Positions 19,335-30,077 are shown, counted from the first letter of the whole stretch. The stretch: DNA of 63,758 bases, filler included, from 4 parts of 4 records of this genome joined end to end with filler, not necessarily neighbours in it, one strand, 5' to 3'. The notes: generated by a model from the letters alone, not told the origin. Numbers and translations: made by a program.

Positions 19335-21665
19335 TCAGAGGTACAGTCGATACAGTAAACGCAGTGAACGTCCAGGTTCCGGCATGACGTGCCGCACTCG
19401 ATTTAAGTGCCGTCGATATTCTTTGTCAAAAATATTCGTGGCGTTAATTGAGAGGGAATGCAGCATTCCCGCATACGTCAGATTGTAGCGACCAAAGGCG
19501 TCAACTACGCCGAATCCAGCTGTTGCCTCTTCAAATTCGGCGGTGGCATTTTGCGCCGAATTTAATGTCCAACGCGCGCCGGCTTCCCAGTCTCCACGCG
19601 TGTAGGCTCCACTTATATGCAAGGTTGCCGGTGGAATTTGTGGAAGATTTTGATCGTCGCTCAAGCGTCCCTCAACAGCGCTGAAACTCGCCTCCAGCAG
19701 CCAAAAAGCGCCCACGCGAACAGCTGCCTGCAGCTCAACACCCAACATCGTGGCGTCGGCACCCGTGAATTGGAACACGAACAAATCCCCGCGGCGCTGA
19801 CTGAGGCGCCCAGTGTTGAGCGGAAAGATATAACCGTCGAAGCTGTTGCGATATACTGTTCCGCGCAATTCAACATCCGCCGTAGCAAACCTCAGACCAG
19901 CCTCAAGTCCCAGGCCACGCTCCAGATCCAGATCGGCATTGCCGACTTCAAAAGAATACGAGGCCAGGTGCGGGCCTTCAGAGAATAACTCATCAGTAGT
20001 TGGTGGACGAATACTTGAGTTTGCGCCGGCGCGAACCTCAAGTCCCCCACCCAGCGCATACGAAGACTCAAATGCCGCCGCTACACCAAAGAAGTCACGC
20101 GTTCTGATTTCACCCACCGAGCGGGAGAAACTCGATTCCTGCGGTACTACGCGCCTGTAATCGCCACGCAGTGAACCACGTAACACCAGATTGCCCAATT
20201 GCAGTGCCTGCATACCCATAAGCGCCGCACCGGTTTCGTCGGCGTCGACCGTTGAAAGCAGACCACCAAATCCCAGACGGCGCTGCTCGATCGTAATGCC
20301 GAACATACCGTCGCGCAGCACTTCACCGTCCTGCACATGCGCACGCACATCCAGGCGGAATTCATCTTTGTCAAAACGTGTCGCCAGCGCGCCACCAGAT
20401 TCAATTTCGCGATGCTGGTAGGTGTGGAAAGCATAATTGGCGCGTATACTGTGCAATCCTTCGGAACGCAGCTGCCAGTCCGCACGGCCTGAAACACCAA
20501 AACGCTCCAGTTCGATGCGCACACCTCGTGGATGGCCGGCCACAGGGTCCGGTGGTATTCCATAATCGCTTTCATACAGCGAGACCGCTCCGCCAAGGCT
20601 GCCCCAGTCACCATTTAAAGCCGCACCAAACGAACCCACCGTCGTCGAAATATCTGTGTTCTCCAGGTCACCCAGCGGCGTACCTACATCTTCGGCCGAT
20701 CGTAAACCTATTTCTCCGCGGACGGCAAATGGCCCAAGTGGCCCACTGACTGCCAGTGCGGAAGCGCGTTCGCGGCTGACTGACTCGCCCTGTAGGGTCA
20801 GCTCACCACCGAAACCGGCGGGTGTTGTCAGGGGAATTTTGTCGCGATGTACATTAATGACGCCGCCTATCGATTGTGACGCGAACATCAGCGCGCGCGG
20901 TCCGCGAATAATCTCAATCCGCTGCGCAGTCAATGGTTCAATCGCTACGGCGTGATCCGCCGAAGAGGACGACAGATCACCTGTACTGTTTCCGTCTTCG
21001 AGCATCAGCAGCCGATCGCCGCCCAGGCCACGTATGACGGGTCTGGCAGGTGCCGGCCCCATCGTACGTTCAGCGATTCCCGGCTCGTTTCTGAGCGTTG
21101 CCGCCACAGTACCGCCAAGCCGATTGCGCAATTTTGACCCTTCGAGACGCACCACCACATTTTCCTGCTCACCCGGACTTTCGATTGAACTGGTCACAAC
21201 CAGCTCATCCGTGCGCACGCCTGCCGGACTGATACGCAGCACAATCTCAGTGGTATCGCGCTCTAGAATTTCAATCTTCAGGTCTGCCGTGGCGTAGCCG
21301 ATTCGTGTTACGCGCAGCGTCAGACGCCCATGTGGCAGGTGCGCAAACGCAAACTTGCCGGCGCCGTCACAGGCGCTGCCCCGCTCCAGGTCTTTAATCC
21401 AGACTCCGGCATAACTTACCGGCTTGCCGGACTCGGCATCCAGAACTTTGCCCACCAGTACATGCCCCAGACCAGGCACAAGCAGCGGCGCTGGAGTAGG
21501 CTCAGGTGCAGCAACAGGCACCACAACAGGTGCCGGCAATGCGGCAAACTCTACCTCAGCGTCGGAATCCTCTGATGATGCCACAGCGGTGCCGGCGGAC
21601 AGCAGTCCACCAACACCGATCAGGCATACAACAAATGGCCGTAGAAAGTTTGTTCTGGAGTTCAA
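19335..21665 (-). CDS. TonB-dependent receptor (ZnuD-like, probable metal uptake)
   Basis: Carboxypeptidase-regulatory-like N-domain, plug RPVIRGLGGDR…DHAVAIEP…IEIIRGP…GGVIN, ELFSEGPH, C-terminal PGRSLRLLYRLYL. Confidence 0.88.
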   Translation of the reverse strand: MNSRTNFLRPFVVCLIGVGGLLSAGTAVASSEDSDAEVEFAALPAPVVVPVAAPEPTPAPLLVPGLGHVLVGKVLDAESGKPVSYAGVWIKDLERGSACDGAGKFAFAHLPHGRLTLRVTRIGYATADLKIEILERDTTEIVLRISPAGVRTDELVVTSSIESPGEQENVVVRLEGSKLRNRLGGTVAATLRNEPGIAERTMGPAPARPVIRGLGGDRLLMLEDGNSTGDLSSSSADHAVAIEPLTAQRIEIIRGPRALMFASQSIGGVINVHRDKIPLTTPAGFGGELTLQGESVSRERASALAVSGPLGPFAVRGEIGLRSAEDVGTPLGDLENTDISTTVGSFGAALNGDWGSLGGAVSLYESDYGIPPDPVAGHPRGVRIELERFGVSGRADWQLRSEGLHSIRANYAFHTYQHREIESGGALATRFDKDEFRLDVRAHVQDGEVLRDGMFGITIEQRRLGFGGLLSTVDADETGAALMGMQALQLGNLVLRGSLRGDYRRVVPQESSFSRSVGEIRTRDFFGVAAAFESSYALGGGLEVRAGANSSIRPPTTDELFSEGPHLASYSFEVGNADLDLERGLGLEAGLRFATADVELRGTVYRNSFDGYIFPLNTGRLSQRRGDLFVFQFTGADATMLGVELQAAVRVGAFWLLEASFSAVEGRLSDDQNLPQIPPATLHISGAYTRGDWEAGARWTLNSAQNATAEFEEATAGFGVVDAFGRYNLTYAGMLHSLSINATNIFDKEYRRHLNRVRHVMPEPGRSLRLLYRLYL

Positions 21666-21696
21666 AAGAGCTCTGCCTCGCAGATTTCAGCCAGGA

Positions 21697-22161
21697 TTAC
21701 ATGTTGATTACAACGGGCAGCTGCAGCGAGACATAGTCTGAATGACCTTCATGCAGCAAGGACACGCGGAACGTAGTCGAACCAGCCGCCAGGCCACGCA
21801 GGTGGAAGGTGTAGTCCGTTGAGTTGACCTCACTTGCTTCAACTACGGCGCCATCCACAACTTCGATCAGCAGCTCCAGATCTTCATCCGGTTTGGCCAG
21901 GTCGCCGTCTTCCAGAATAAACTCAACATCAAATGTCTGACCTTCCATGCCGAGAGGAATGTTCACCGAACCTGTAATCTCACCGTCCTCAAGTCGCAGA
22001 ACTTCCGTTCCACCACTTGTAAGTACCAAACCAACGGCCTCAAAGTGCTCTTCATCATGATCGTGGTCGTGGTCATCATCACAGGACCAGAGACCGATTA
22101 CGGAAACGCTCATTAAAGTCAGGATGCAAAAACGCTTGAATGTCCAGCTGGAGATAGTCAT
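21697..22161 (-). CDS. His-rich lipoprotein (probable metal-binding partner of the TBDR)
   Basis: LWSC lipobox followed by DDDHDHDHDEEH; C-terminal LLHEGHSD. Confidence 0.75.
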   Translation of the reverse strand: MTISSWTFKRFCILTLMSVSVIGLWSCDDDHDHDHDEEHFEAVGLVLTSGGTEVLRLEDGEITGSVNIPLGMEGQTFDVEFILEDGDLAKPDEDLELLIEVVDGAVVEASEVNSTDYTFHLRGLAAGSTTFRVSLLHEGHSDYVSLQLPVVINM

Positions 22162-22585
22162 TAGATTCTTCTTTCAGGATTGTTTTGCTCAGCCGGGATG
22201 ACTGCAGCAAGAATTAGCACACGACCAAATGCATCGATAGAATGCAGCCTGCATTATTCATTGCCGGCCATTCATATCAATTGCATGTCAATTGAATGTG
22301 CTTAAGGGCGCAGCACAGTTAACACCGCGTGCGCAAGTTGTATTAGTCGATAGAGAACAAGTCGAACACAATCAGATTCTACATCACTAAGCGGGAGCAT
22401 TGGAGCAATGCCTTATATCGACCCAGCATGTATCCCTCAAATTAGGGACATGTGCCGCCACCTGAATGCCCATTCTGCTCAAAACCACCGAGCAGCGGAA
22501 TCAGACAGCGCAAATCGACGCCTGAACCGTTGATCAGTCTAACAGAGATGGAAGCAGGAAGTGCCGGCACCGGGCCGCTACGTGC

Positions 22586-23006
22586 TTAACTGCTTAGTGA
22601 AACCATGTAAGAGGAAGCTGGTGGGCCACGTGCACTGTTGGTGGAAGCAGTACCGCCTGTATAAGAATCATTAAGAGTCTCACTTCTGGAGATGATGTGA
22701 CCGGCAAGTTGGTAGACCGGACCATCGCTAAAAATTTGTTTGCCGTGGAATTGACAAATCGGACATTCCTGTCCCAGCTCACTATCGCTAACAGTCTGCA
22801 GCGCAGCGTCACCGGGCAGCTGCGCGGAACTGGCCGGAGAATTCTCAAGAGCATCGGCACCACAGCTCTGCACACCGTGGTGCACATGCGTATCACAACT
22901 ACCTTCGGAGTGGCTGTGGAATGCAACCGACACTACCGCCAAAGCCACATAGGCCAAGAGGACGGTAACACTGGTTAGACGCGCTATGGAACTTCTTCTT
23001 ATCATA
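22586..23006 (-). CDS. DUF2946-like His-rich protein with CxxC and C-terminal RGPP motif
   Basis: TM segment, HSH…HVHH, ECPICQF, then ARGPP near the C-terminus; upstream of a TBDR operon. Confidence 0.7.
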
Positions 23007-23795
23007 GTCTTGAGTGCCGGCAGCCTTGTAGACAGGCACACGCTGGGACAAACTTACTCACCGCGGAGAATTCCGGCAAGTCAGGCACTCATAATCAGTG
23101 CCATTTGATCGCCGCCAGCCTTTCGTCAGAAACACTAACGCATCGGGCGACGGTTGGTAGCAAATGGATATTGCATTCGTTGCTGCAGCAACATGCTAAT
23201 CGCAAAATGTGTGCCTGGAATTGACGGCCTGCGTGGAGCGCTATTTGTGTGGCCGGGCACTTGCCAGTTCGCAGCGAACCTGAGTTCTGAATTGTGGCTC
23301 TAAGCCACAAGCACGTTTGGCCCTGTTATAGCAACGATGACTGGCTAAATTTGCGCCGGCTGACGGAACGGCATTTAACGGCCCGCCACAAAAAGGATTG
23401 GAGTGCGGTGAATTGGGATTTCTGGAGCGGTGACGAACAAAAAGGCCTGGAAAAAGCTAGCGACCAATCATTAAGCTAAAGACGCGTGTGATGCCTGACA
23501 TGCACCTGGGCGCGCGGCGGTCTTTAAAAAACGTTACCCCCGCAGCGAATGTTAACATCTTTAGAGAATAGTTTTTTGGCCGGCAAAAAGGACAACCATA
23601 GACTACAAAGGAGATGTTAATAGGCAACGGGGATAACCACCCACACACAGATTGATACTGCCTGATTAACAATTGCTTGTTTAATCAGACAGCAACAATA
23701 TACATCGCGCCAACACTTAAATCCACTTAATCAGATCGGTAATCCTTAGGTAAGTAAGTTCACGTAGTAGCTGCGCTGGAGAGCTGCCCGGCAGG

Positions 23796-23963
23796 CTTGA
23801 TTGGGTAATCATTGGGTATACGCGTGCGACTGACTTGCGATGTACAACAAGTTCACATTTCGGCGATTATGAGTCAGAATCAAAGATATTAACCTTAACA
23901 GTAGCGCATATTTCACGTATCGGCAGTAGTGACCTAAGGCCTTGATTGGGTAATCATTGGGTA
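23796..23963. repeat. Two identical 23-bp copies of cttgattgggtaatcattgggta (23796-23818, 23941-23963)
   Basis: Exact duplication; each copy contains attgggta twice at an 11-bp period. Confidence 0.85.
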
Positions 23964-24021
23964 CGTGCAGCGGCTGTGACGGCGGGTGATAGATGTTTAA
24001 GTGTGTGGCAGAAGCCTCAAA

Positions 24022-25710
24022 TTACAATCGTTCCAGGAATGTGACCAGACTTTCGTCAGCTTTTAACTGCAACTTGCGCCGAATTCGTTTGCGATGTGTG
24101 TAGACCGTCTGCGGTGAAATAAACAACATCCCGGCAATTTCCTTGGTTTCCAGGCGCATCTTCATCAAAGCACAAATTTTACTTTCGGTGGCCGTAATTT
24201 CAGGTGTTTCGCGTGAGAGGCGCTCCAAAAAGTCGGCCTGCAAGCTGCCCAGCACACCTTCCAGCTGTTCCCATTTGTAGTCAATTTCCATGCCCTCCTG
24301 GATATACATACGCACATCCGCGCTTAACTTGCGTTTATCCAGATCGGAGAATTTGTTAATCGAATCGATATAGGTTTTAATCTTGCGCAGCACTTCGTTT
24401 TTCTGCCACAGGTGCAGGGCACGCAGCTCCGCTTCCTTGGATTTACGCTGATTCTCGTTTTCCAAATCCACTAATTGCGATTGCAGCAATTCGCGTTCGC
24501 GGGACATGCGTTCGCGCTCGGCGCGCACTTCAATTTCGTCAATACTACGCTGGCGATGCGCACCACGGACTGCGTCATTCTGGTGCAAATGTTCTTTGTA
24601 GTGTTCAAAGGCCTTGTGGAAATCGCGCTGACGTTCGTAATAGTTCGAGAGCAATTCGTGAATTGAACTCATTAAAGTTGGGTTGTGCTGCGCCTCATCC
24701 ATGTCGAGTGCAGCCTTTAAATTGTTAAGTGTTTTGTTGTCGTCACGCATCAATGCGTACACATCGGCTTTACGCAAATAGATACAGGATACCAGGAAGT
24801 TATCAGCGTCGAGCACAGACTTACCAATCGAGTCGGCGCGTTCCAGGAACTCAATCGCCTGGTCAAAACGCTGCAAGCGCGCATACACAAGCGCAATATC
24901 AAGCACGACTTTAATCTGCTCAATGCGGTTGCCAAGTTTAATAAAGATTTCGAGCGCCTTAAACTGCAGTTCGAGCGCCTGTTCGTATTCCTCACGTGCC
25001 CGCCAGAAAATACGCGCCTGGTTTAAGAGTGTAATCCCCTGCCCGATTAACTTGCCCTCACGTCCATATGCTTCCTGCGTTCGGTTGTAATATTCATTGG
25101 CCTTTTCGTAGTCGGCCATATAATAGTGAATATTCCCAATGTTAAGGTAGATGGTAGCCAGCAGACTTTTAGCTTCATCCGCTTTTAAACTTTCCGCCGT
25201 TGTTAAACTTTCATAGGCACATTCCAGTCCATCCGTATATTCGCCCAGGGAGCAATGCGCCTGGCAGGCGTGGATTAAAATGCGTACAAAATCCATCTGT
25301 TTACGGCCGTGCTCACGGTGATAATTAATCACCTTTTTGGCCAGACGCAAAGCATCTGTATATTCATTTTTCGTATTTTTTAAACCGGCAAGCAGCGAAA
25401 GCGTACGATAATATCCTGGCGTATCGTTTAACTTTTTGTAGATATCAGCAGCTTCATTTAATGTCGATTCAGACTCGTCAAACTGAGAAAGCCAGTGGTG
25501 GCAGGAACCGATGCGCGATAGAAACCAGGCGGCCTGTTCGCGGTCATCAATTGCACGCGCCATCTCCAGGCCTTCCTGCGCCAGCGCCATCGCCGACTGC
25601 GGGTTGTCACGAAAAATCTTGTCGATCATCTCACGCGTAAAACGAATTTTCTCGCGCGTTACCTTCTCTGAATCAGCCAAATCGGGCTTCGAATCTATAT
25701 TCGTCGGCAT
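24022..25710 (-). CDS. TPR-repeat + coiled-coil + LuxR-type HTH transcriptional regulator
   Basis: Multiple TPRs (LNIGNIHYYMADYEKANEYY); C-terminal ITATESKICALMKMRLETKEIAGMLFISPQTVYTHRKRIRRKL. Confidence 0.88.
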   Translation of the reverse strand: MPTNIDSKPDLADSEKVTREKIRFTREMIDKIFRDNPQSAMALAQEGLEMARAIDDREQAAWFLSRIGSCHHWLSQFDESESTLNEAADIYKKLNDTPGYYRTLSLLAGLKNTKNEYTDALRLAKKVINYHREHGRKQMDFVRILIHACQAHCSLGEYTDGLECAYESLTTAESLKADEAKSLLATIYLNIGNIHYYMADYEKANEYYNRTQEAYGREGKLIGQGITLLNQARIFWRAREEYEQALELQFKALEIFIKLGNRIEQIKVVLDIALVYARLQRFDQAIEFLERADSIGKSVLDADNFLVSCIYLRKADVYALMRDDNKTLNNLKAALDMDEAQHNPTLMSSIHELLSNYYERQRDFHKAFEHYKEHLHQNDAVRGAHRQRSIDEIEVRAERERMSRERELLQSQLVDLENENQRKSKEAELRALHLWQKNEVLRKIKTYIDSINKFSDLDKRKLSADVRMYIQEGMEIDYKWEQLEGVLGSLQADFLERLSRETPEITATESKICALMKMRLETKEIAGMLFISPQTVYTHRKRIRRKLQLKADESLVTFLERL

Positions 25711-26038
25711 AATAATTTCTCACAGTTTCGTACTACCGCGCACGTTCCGGAACGGTGTGACTTTGTAGCTCTAAGGGAAAATAGGGCGCAGCATGCCGTG
25801 ATCAAAATTTGTGATTTGGGGGTACAACGCCAATATCACAGTCAAAACGTGCCCAGGCTTCACATGGTTGCACGTATAATCGCTCGGATCGTGGGTAATT
25901 AATGGGTAGACGGCAAATTCAACACTCTTAAGAATGTCAATCTTTGGCTGGTGCTCACCCATCATTTTCGTAAAATTCAACGCGCTAAAGTCACACATTT
26001 TGCGACTCCCGAATTCGTGGTGCCCCTGTCTGATTGCT

Positions 26039-26162
26039 TGAGCGCTTCGCCCCCGCCTAAAATTCCCAGTTCAATTCAACAGCTTTGTCACTGATATTTT
26101 GGTGGCTTGCTGCTTCTTTTTGTTAGTAGATGCTCGCCAATTCGGCATCCAATGTACCTGCC
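26039..26162 (+). repeat. Dispersed intergenic repeat, copy D
   Basis: Colinear shared blocks with 8658-8748 and a longer central part. Confidence 0.6.
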
Positions 26163-26211
26163 GGCAAATCAATATATCACGAATTTTCAAACGACTAAGA
26201 CTCTGATGTAA

Positions 26212-26610
26212 TCAGGGAATATTCACAAAGTAGTTGACGCCGGCGCCGTAGCTCTGCGAGGTAATTTTGTCAAAAACTGCTTTCTGACCTTCGATTGCCG
26301 CGCGAACACCGGAGGAATTGTGCATGTCCAGCTGCTCAAACATCTCCGGCTCGTACCACTCGCCCATCACATATCCGTAGAGTGTCGTGTCTCCCGGCGG
26401 AACAATAATCTTGAGCGGATTAACAGTTGTATCGCGCCGCGAATGCGGAATCTGCACGTAAACGCGCCCCAGCGTGTCCGGCGTTGCGCGCAGGAATAAG
26501 GTGTCACCCGTGTGATTCACAAAATAGATTGGGTTAACCGGGTCACAGGCCGTCAGCCCCATGCCGCACAGCAGCAGAAATGCCACTGCTATTTGTTTAA
26601 GTTTACGCAT
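26212..26610 (-). CDS. Hypothetical lipoprotein
   Basis: MRKLK + hydrophobic stretch + LTAC lipobox, followed by DP. Confidence 0.75.
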   Translation of the reverse strand: MRKLKQIAVAFLLLCGMGLTACDPVNPIYFVNHTGDTLFLRATPDTLGRVYVQIPHSRRDTTVNPLKIIVPPGDTTLYGYVMGEWYEPEMFEQLDMHNSSGVRAAIEGQKAVFDKITSQSYGAGVNYFVNIP

Positions 26611-27016
26611 TCGTACAATCGCAGTAGTTGAGGAACACTCACAGCCGCAATTTACACAAAGTCAGCATGATGCGGAAACGCCCGTCCCAGTGCAATTACT
26701 CGGCATGCCCACAAATTACCCCATGCCGCGGCTTTGATGTTAAACAATGGATAGGCACTTTGTAGAGCTGTCAGGAGCAAAAAATGCTTTTAGCGACGTG
26801 TGTTGTGTCACAACGGCGACACTTCACACGTCGTAAAAAGCACTCGGGCCGCTAGTGGGTAACGCGGTTAATTGAGTAGTTGATAGTTAGTCGGAATGCT
26901 GTCGCTACAGTACGCAGCCCACTTTTCCGTATGAGAACGTTGCGCCTTGCGTAGACGGCGAGAAGCTCCTCTGGTTTGTTAATGCTTGTCCCGCTCAATC
27001 TTTTTGACTTGAATTG

Positions 27017-27116
27017 NNNNNNNNNNNNNNNNNNNNNNNNNNNNNNNNNNNNNNNNNNNNTTAATTAATTAANNNNNNNNNNNNNNNNNNNNNNNNNNNN
27101 NNNNNNNNNNNNNNNN
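27017..27116. other. Artificial contig spacer (N run with TTAATTAATTAA)
   Basis: N run with all-frame stop linker. Confidence 0.98.
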
Positions 27117-27387
27117 GTCACTCCGATCCCGACGACCGGTCCCAGCCCAAAGCAGCCCTTGATACATCCCGCAGAGAAGGGCATTTGCGAGCCGCATTTT
27201 ACAGGATGCTGCAACCCGGGTGCTCTGTCAGGGATCGTTTAATCGGACATTCGTTAAGTGAAGGCTTTGTGGCCAGGCACGTTACAAAGCATTCATTAGG
27301 TTAGCACTAGGGCCGCCCGATTGCTTTCTCTGATATGAAAAGCGGCCACTATGAATTCTGCAGAAAGGATCGTGGATATACGGCAGG

Positions 27388-29082
27388 TCATTCATCTCCC
27401 TCAGGCATGCCGGCAAGTCGCAGCCCTTCATAGTATCGGCGGGTGCCGGGGGTATCGGCGAAAGCGTTGCGCTTCCAGCCCATCTGGATTGTGTCGCCCG
27501 GATTGATCCGCTCATTTTCCCGTTGAGCCTCATAGGCCTCCTCCATCCGTCCAAGGTGGGCGGCGGCTGAGGCAATGACCCGATGCAAGGTCGAGAACTC
27601 CGTCGTGAGTTCGAGGCCGCGCTTCGCTTCTAGGATTGCCTCCTCGTCCTCGCCAGACTGGAGCAACGCAAAAGACAGCCCGGCTGCCGCTGCTGCAACG
27701 AACGGGCTAAACCGGATTGCTCGGTCATTTTGACGAAAACAATCAATTGCTGGCTCTGGTTCCCCCATCCAAGCATACCCCCAGCCGCTGAACAAAACGA
27801 CCTCGATGGTGAACGGGGCCCGTCGCAGCGCCGAACGGATCGCTCGCCGCAAGGCCGTTACGTCCCCGGCACGCCGGAACATACCAATTCCAAGCGCGAG
27901 TTCGATCATCGGTGATGCTTGGACATGTGCACTGGCTGCGGTCATCCACTGTCCGAACCGTTCGCCATAGAGCTCGGTCAGGTCCGCATAGCCGATGCTG
28001 CTTGCCGCAAAATAGTAGACAATTGCGTCCGAATAAGCCTCTGTAAAGGAGGGATCCTTTTCGATGGCGGCAGTAAGGCACTCCAACGCGCTCGACATCG
28101 CGTCCCAATCGACGAGCTCAACACTCATCAAACCTGAGACATAGCATTCCTCCGCGGACATCTCGTCCAACGTCTTGCCAGCCAGCCGCGCACACTCGTG
28201 GTCAAGAAGTGCTGTCAGAGTTTCCGACGCAACCTCGCTACCAATTTCGTCCTGCCAATCGAAACTGTCGACCAGGCTGCCGTCATATTTCCTAGTCCAT
28301 AGTTGCGCACCGTCCGGCGTCAACACCCGCACCTCCAATCGCAGCCGGTCGCCGCGAGCCCTTAGGACTGTCTCAAGCACATTGGCATTTGGAGACGGAT
28401 CCTGCTGAACCGAGGATTTCAACCATCGCGCACCGCCAAGAAAATCGGCAAAGTCAGCTGTTAAGGCGCTGGCGAGTTCACTGATTTCCTCTCGCGCGTC
28501 CGAAGAAGAAACAGGAAGGACCGCAAGTTGCGGAAAACCAGTTCGAGAGGACCGCGCATTCCCTGACACACGATCTGCCGAAACTGATGTGTTCTTACCT
28601 CGGCCCCAAACCTGAATGGGCCGCGCAATATTCTTGAGCTCCTGGGTGCCTAGATCATCGAACGAAGGCTGTAACGTTCCATCAAGACTGCCAAACACGG
28701 CATCAGAAATCGCCACCGTCCCGGGATCAGCCAATGCTTCGAGCCGGGCGGCTACATTGACCCCATCGCCGAAGACATCCTCATCCTCATGCACAATGTC
28801 GCCAATGTGGATTCCGATCCTCAATCGGATCTTATCTTGCACAGCTACTCGGTCCTGCACCTGCATGGCGCACGTCACAGCATCTACGCTAGATCCAAAT
28901 TCGACCAGCCAACCGTCACCCATCGACTTGACGACTTTTCCCCGATGCCCGGCCACGGTTGGGCTAAAAACCTCTGACCGCAACGATCGGAGCGCTGTCA
29001 ATGTTCCTTCCTGATCGGCTCCCATCATGGCTGAATAGCCGACAATGTCAGCGGCAAGGATGGCAGCTAAATGGCGCGTCAT
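27388..29082 (-). CDS. Class III adenylate/guanylate cyclase with TolB-like/TPR C-terminal region
   Basis: LAAILAADIVGYS, VKSMGDG, RIGIHIGD, FGDGVNVAARLE; ends GLRLAGMPE as in alphaproteobacterial homologues. Confidence 0.9.
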   Translation of the reverse strand: MTRHLAAILAADIVGYSAMMGADQEGTLTALRSLRSEVFSPTVAGHRGKVVKSMGDGWLVEFGSSVDAVTCAMQVQDRVAVQDKIRLRIGIHIGDIVHEDEDVFGDGVNVAARLEALADPGTVAISDAVFGSLDGTLQPSFDDLGTQELKNIARPIQVWGRGKNTSVSADRVSGNARSSRTGFPQLAVLPVSSSDAREEISELASALTADFADFLGGARWLKSSVQQDPSPNANVLETVLRARGDRLRLEVRVLTPDGAQLWTRKYDGSLVDSFDWQDEIGSEVASETLTALLDHECARLAGKTLDEMSAEECYVSGLMSVELVDWDAMSSALECLTAAIEKDPSFTEAYSDAIVYYFAASSIGYADLTELYGERFGQWMTAASAHVQASPMIELALGIGMFRRAGDVTALRRAIRSALRRAPFTIEVVLFSGWGYAWMGEPEPAIDCFRQNDRAIRFSPFVAAAAAGLSFALLQSGEDEEAILEAKRGLELTTEFSTLHRVIASAAAHLGRMEEAYEAQRENERINPGDTIQMGWKRNAFADTPGTRRYYEGLRLAGMPEGDE

Positions 29083-29450
29083 TTCGATCTCCCAAGATCA
29101 ACGCACTCTAACAAAGCATAACTGCGCGTCCAATAGTCATCGCGCAAACGCCGGAAATGTCACTTGGCACAAGGAAACGAAATGGCGCAAGTCGCAAGTC
29201 GGCCCAATGTCGGTTTTCGAAACCTGGGCCAAGTACAAGCGCTTTCGCTGGGCGTAAAAAAGTCCGCTCAGCCAAAAATTAAACAAACTTTCGTCGCGTC
29301 CCAGATGGGCTTGTGCGTTACGGAAAGAGCGGCCATTCACTGTCAGTATGAAAACTGCTTGAAATCCGCACTATGGGATTTTGTAACTGAGTGCTTGTAT
29401 CATTGCAGCGATCACCAGTCTTGCATCGTTCGGTTGATCTATAGAGGGTC

Positions 29451-29999
29451 TTAAATCAATAACCGCAACCGCTGTTCCCAATCTGCGTTTGCCTCTCCAG
29501 CTTTGCCCATTGCCTGTTTGCCAAAATATAAGTGCAAGACGAGATCAGCCGTTTCAACCAAATCGCGCTCAGTAAGGTTATGTCCAAATCGCTCAAGGAC
29601 CGAGGCGACGGCCTCACGCAAGCGATCTGCCATCGCGCGGGTCCGTCGGGCGACCTCAGAATTCTCAGGTGCCATTTCGACCATTGCATTGCAAATAAAG
29701 CAGCCACGTTTCTCGCTATCATTGCTTTGGAACAGGGGCAAAAGACAAGCAATCGCCGTCTCCTTGTTGCATGTGTTCAGCATGGCCACTGTTTTACTGA
29801 CGACTTCAGCATCGTAACAATTCAGAGCTTCAAGGTATGTCGCTTCTTTGTCGTCGAATGCCTGATAGAAGCTGCCTCGTGTCATCCCCATGGCCGCCAG
29901 AAGATCTGGCAATGCTGTTGCGCGATACCCGCGCCGCCAAAAGATATCCATGGCACCTTGCAGGGCGACTTTATAGTCAAACTCACGGGGGCGCGCCAT
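29451..29999 (-). CDS. TetR/AcrR family regulator (NemR-like)
   Basis: MARPREFD…FWRRGY…SFYQAFDDK HTH; GCFICN. Confidence 0.92.
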   Translation of the reverse strand: MARPREFDYKVALQGAMDIFWRRGYRATALPDLLAAMGMTRGSFYQAFDDKEATYLEALNCYDAEVVSKTVAMLNTCNKETAIACLLPLFQSNDSEKRGCFICNAMVEMAPENSEVARRTRAMADRLREAVASVLERFGHNLTERDLVETADLVLHLYFGKQAMGKAGEANADWEQRLRLLI

Positions 30000-30077
30000 C
30001 CATGTACCTCAAAAAAAACATTAATCCTCTGCCACATTAACCACGAAATCCCTTGAAGCAAGGTTCACAATTAGTTG

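Noticed and set aside
23160-23195. Zur-like box upstream of the metal-uptake locus (gcaaatggatattgc; gttgctgcagcaac)
   Set aside because: Spacing does not match the consensus I recall; too weak to call
23796-23963. Possible mini-CRISPR (two identical 23-bp repeats)
   Set aside because: Only two copies, a 122-bp gap, internal direct-repeat structure and no cas genes
27061-27072. TTAATTAATTAA palindrome repeated three times in the window
   Set aside because: Artificial linker inside N spacers
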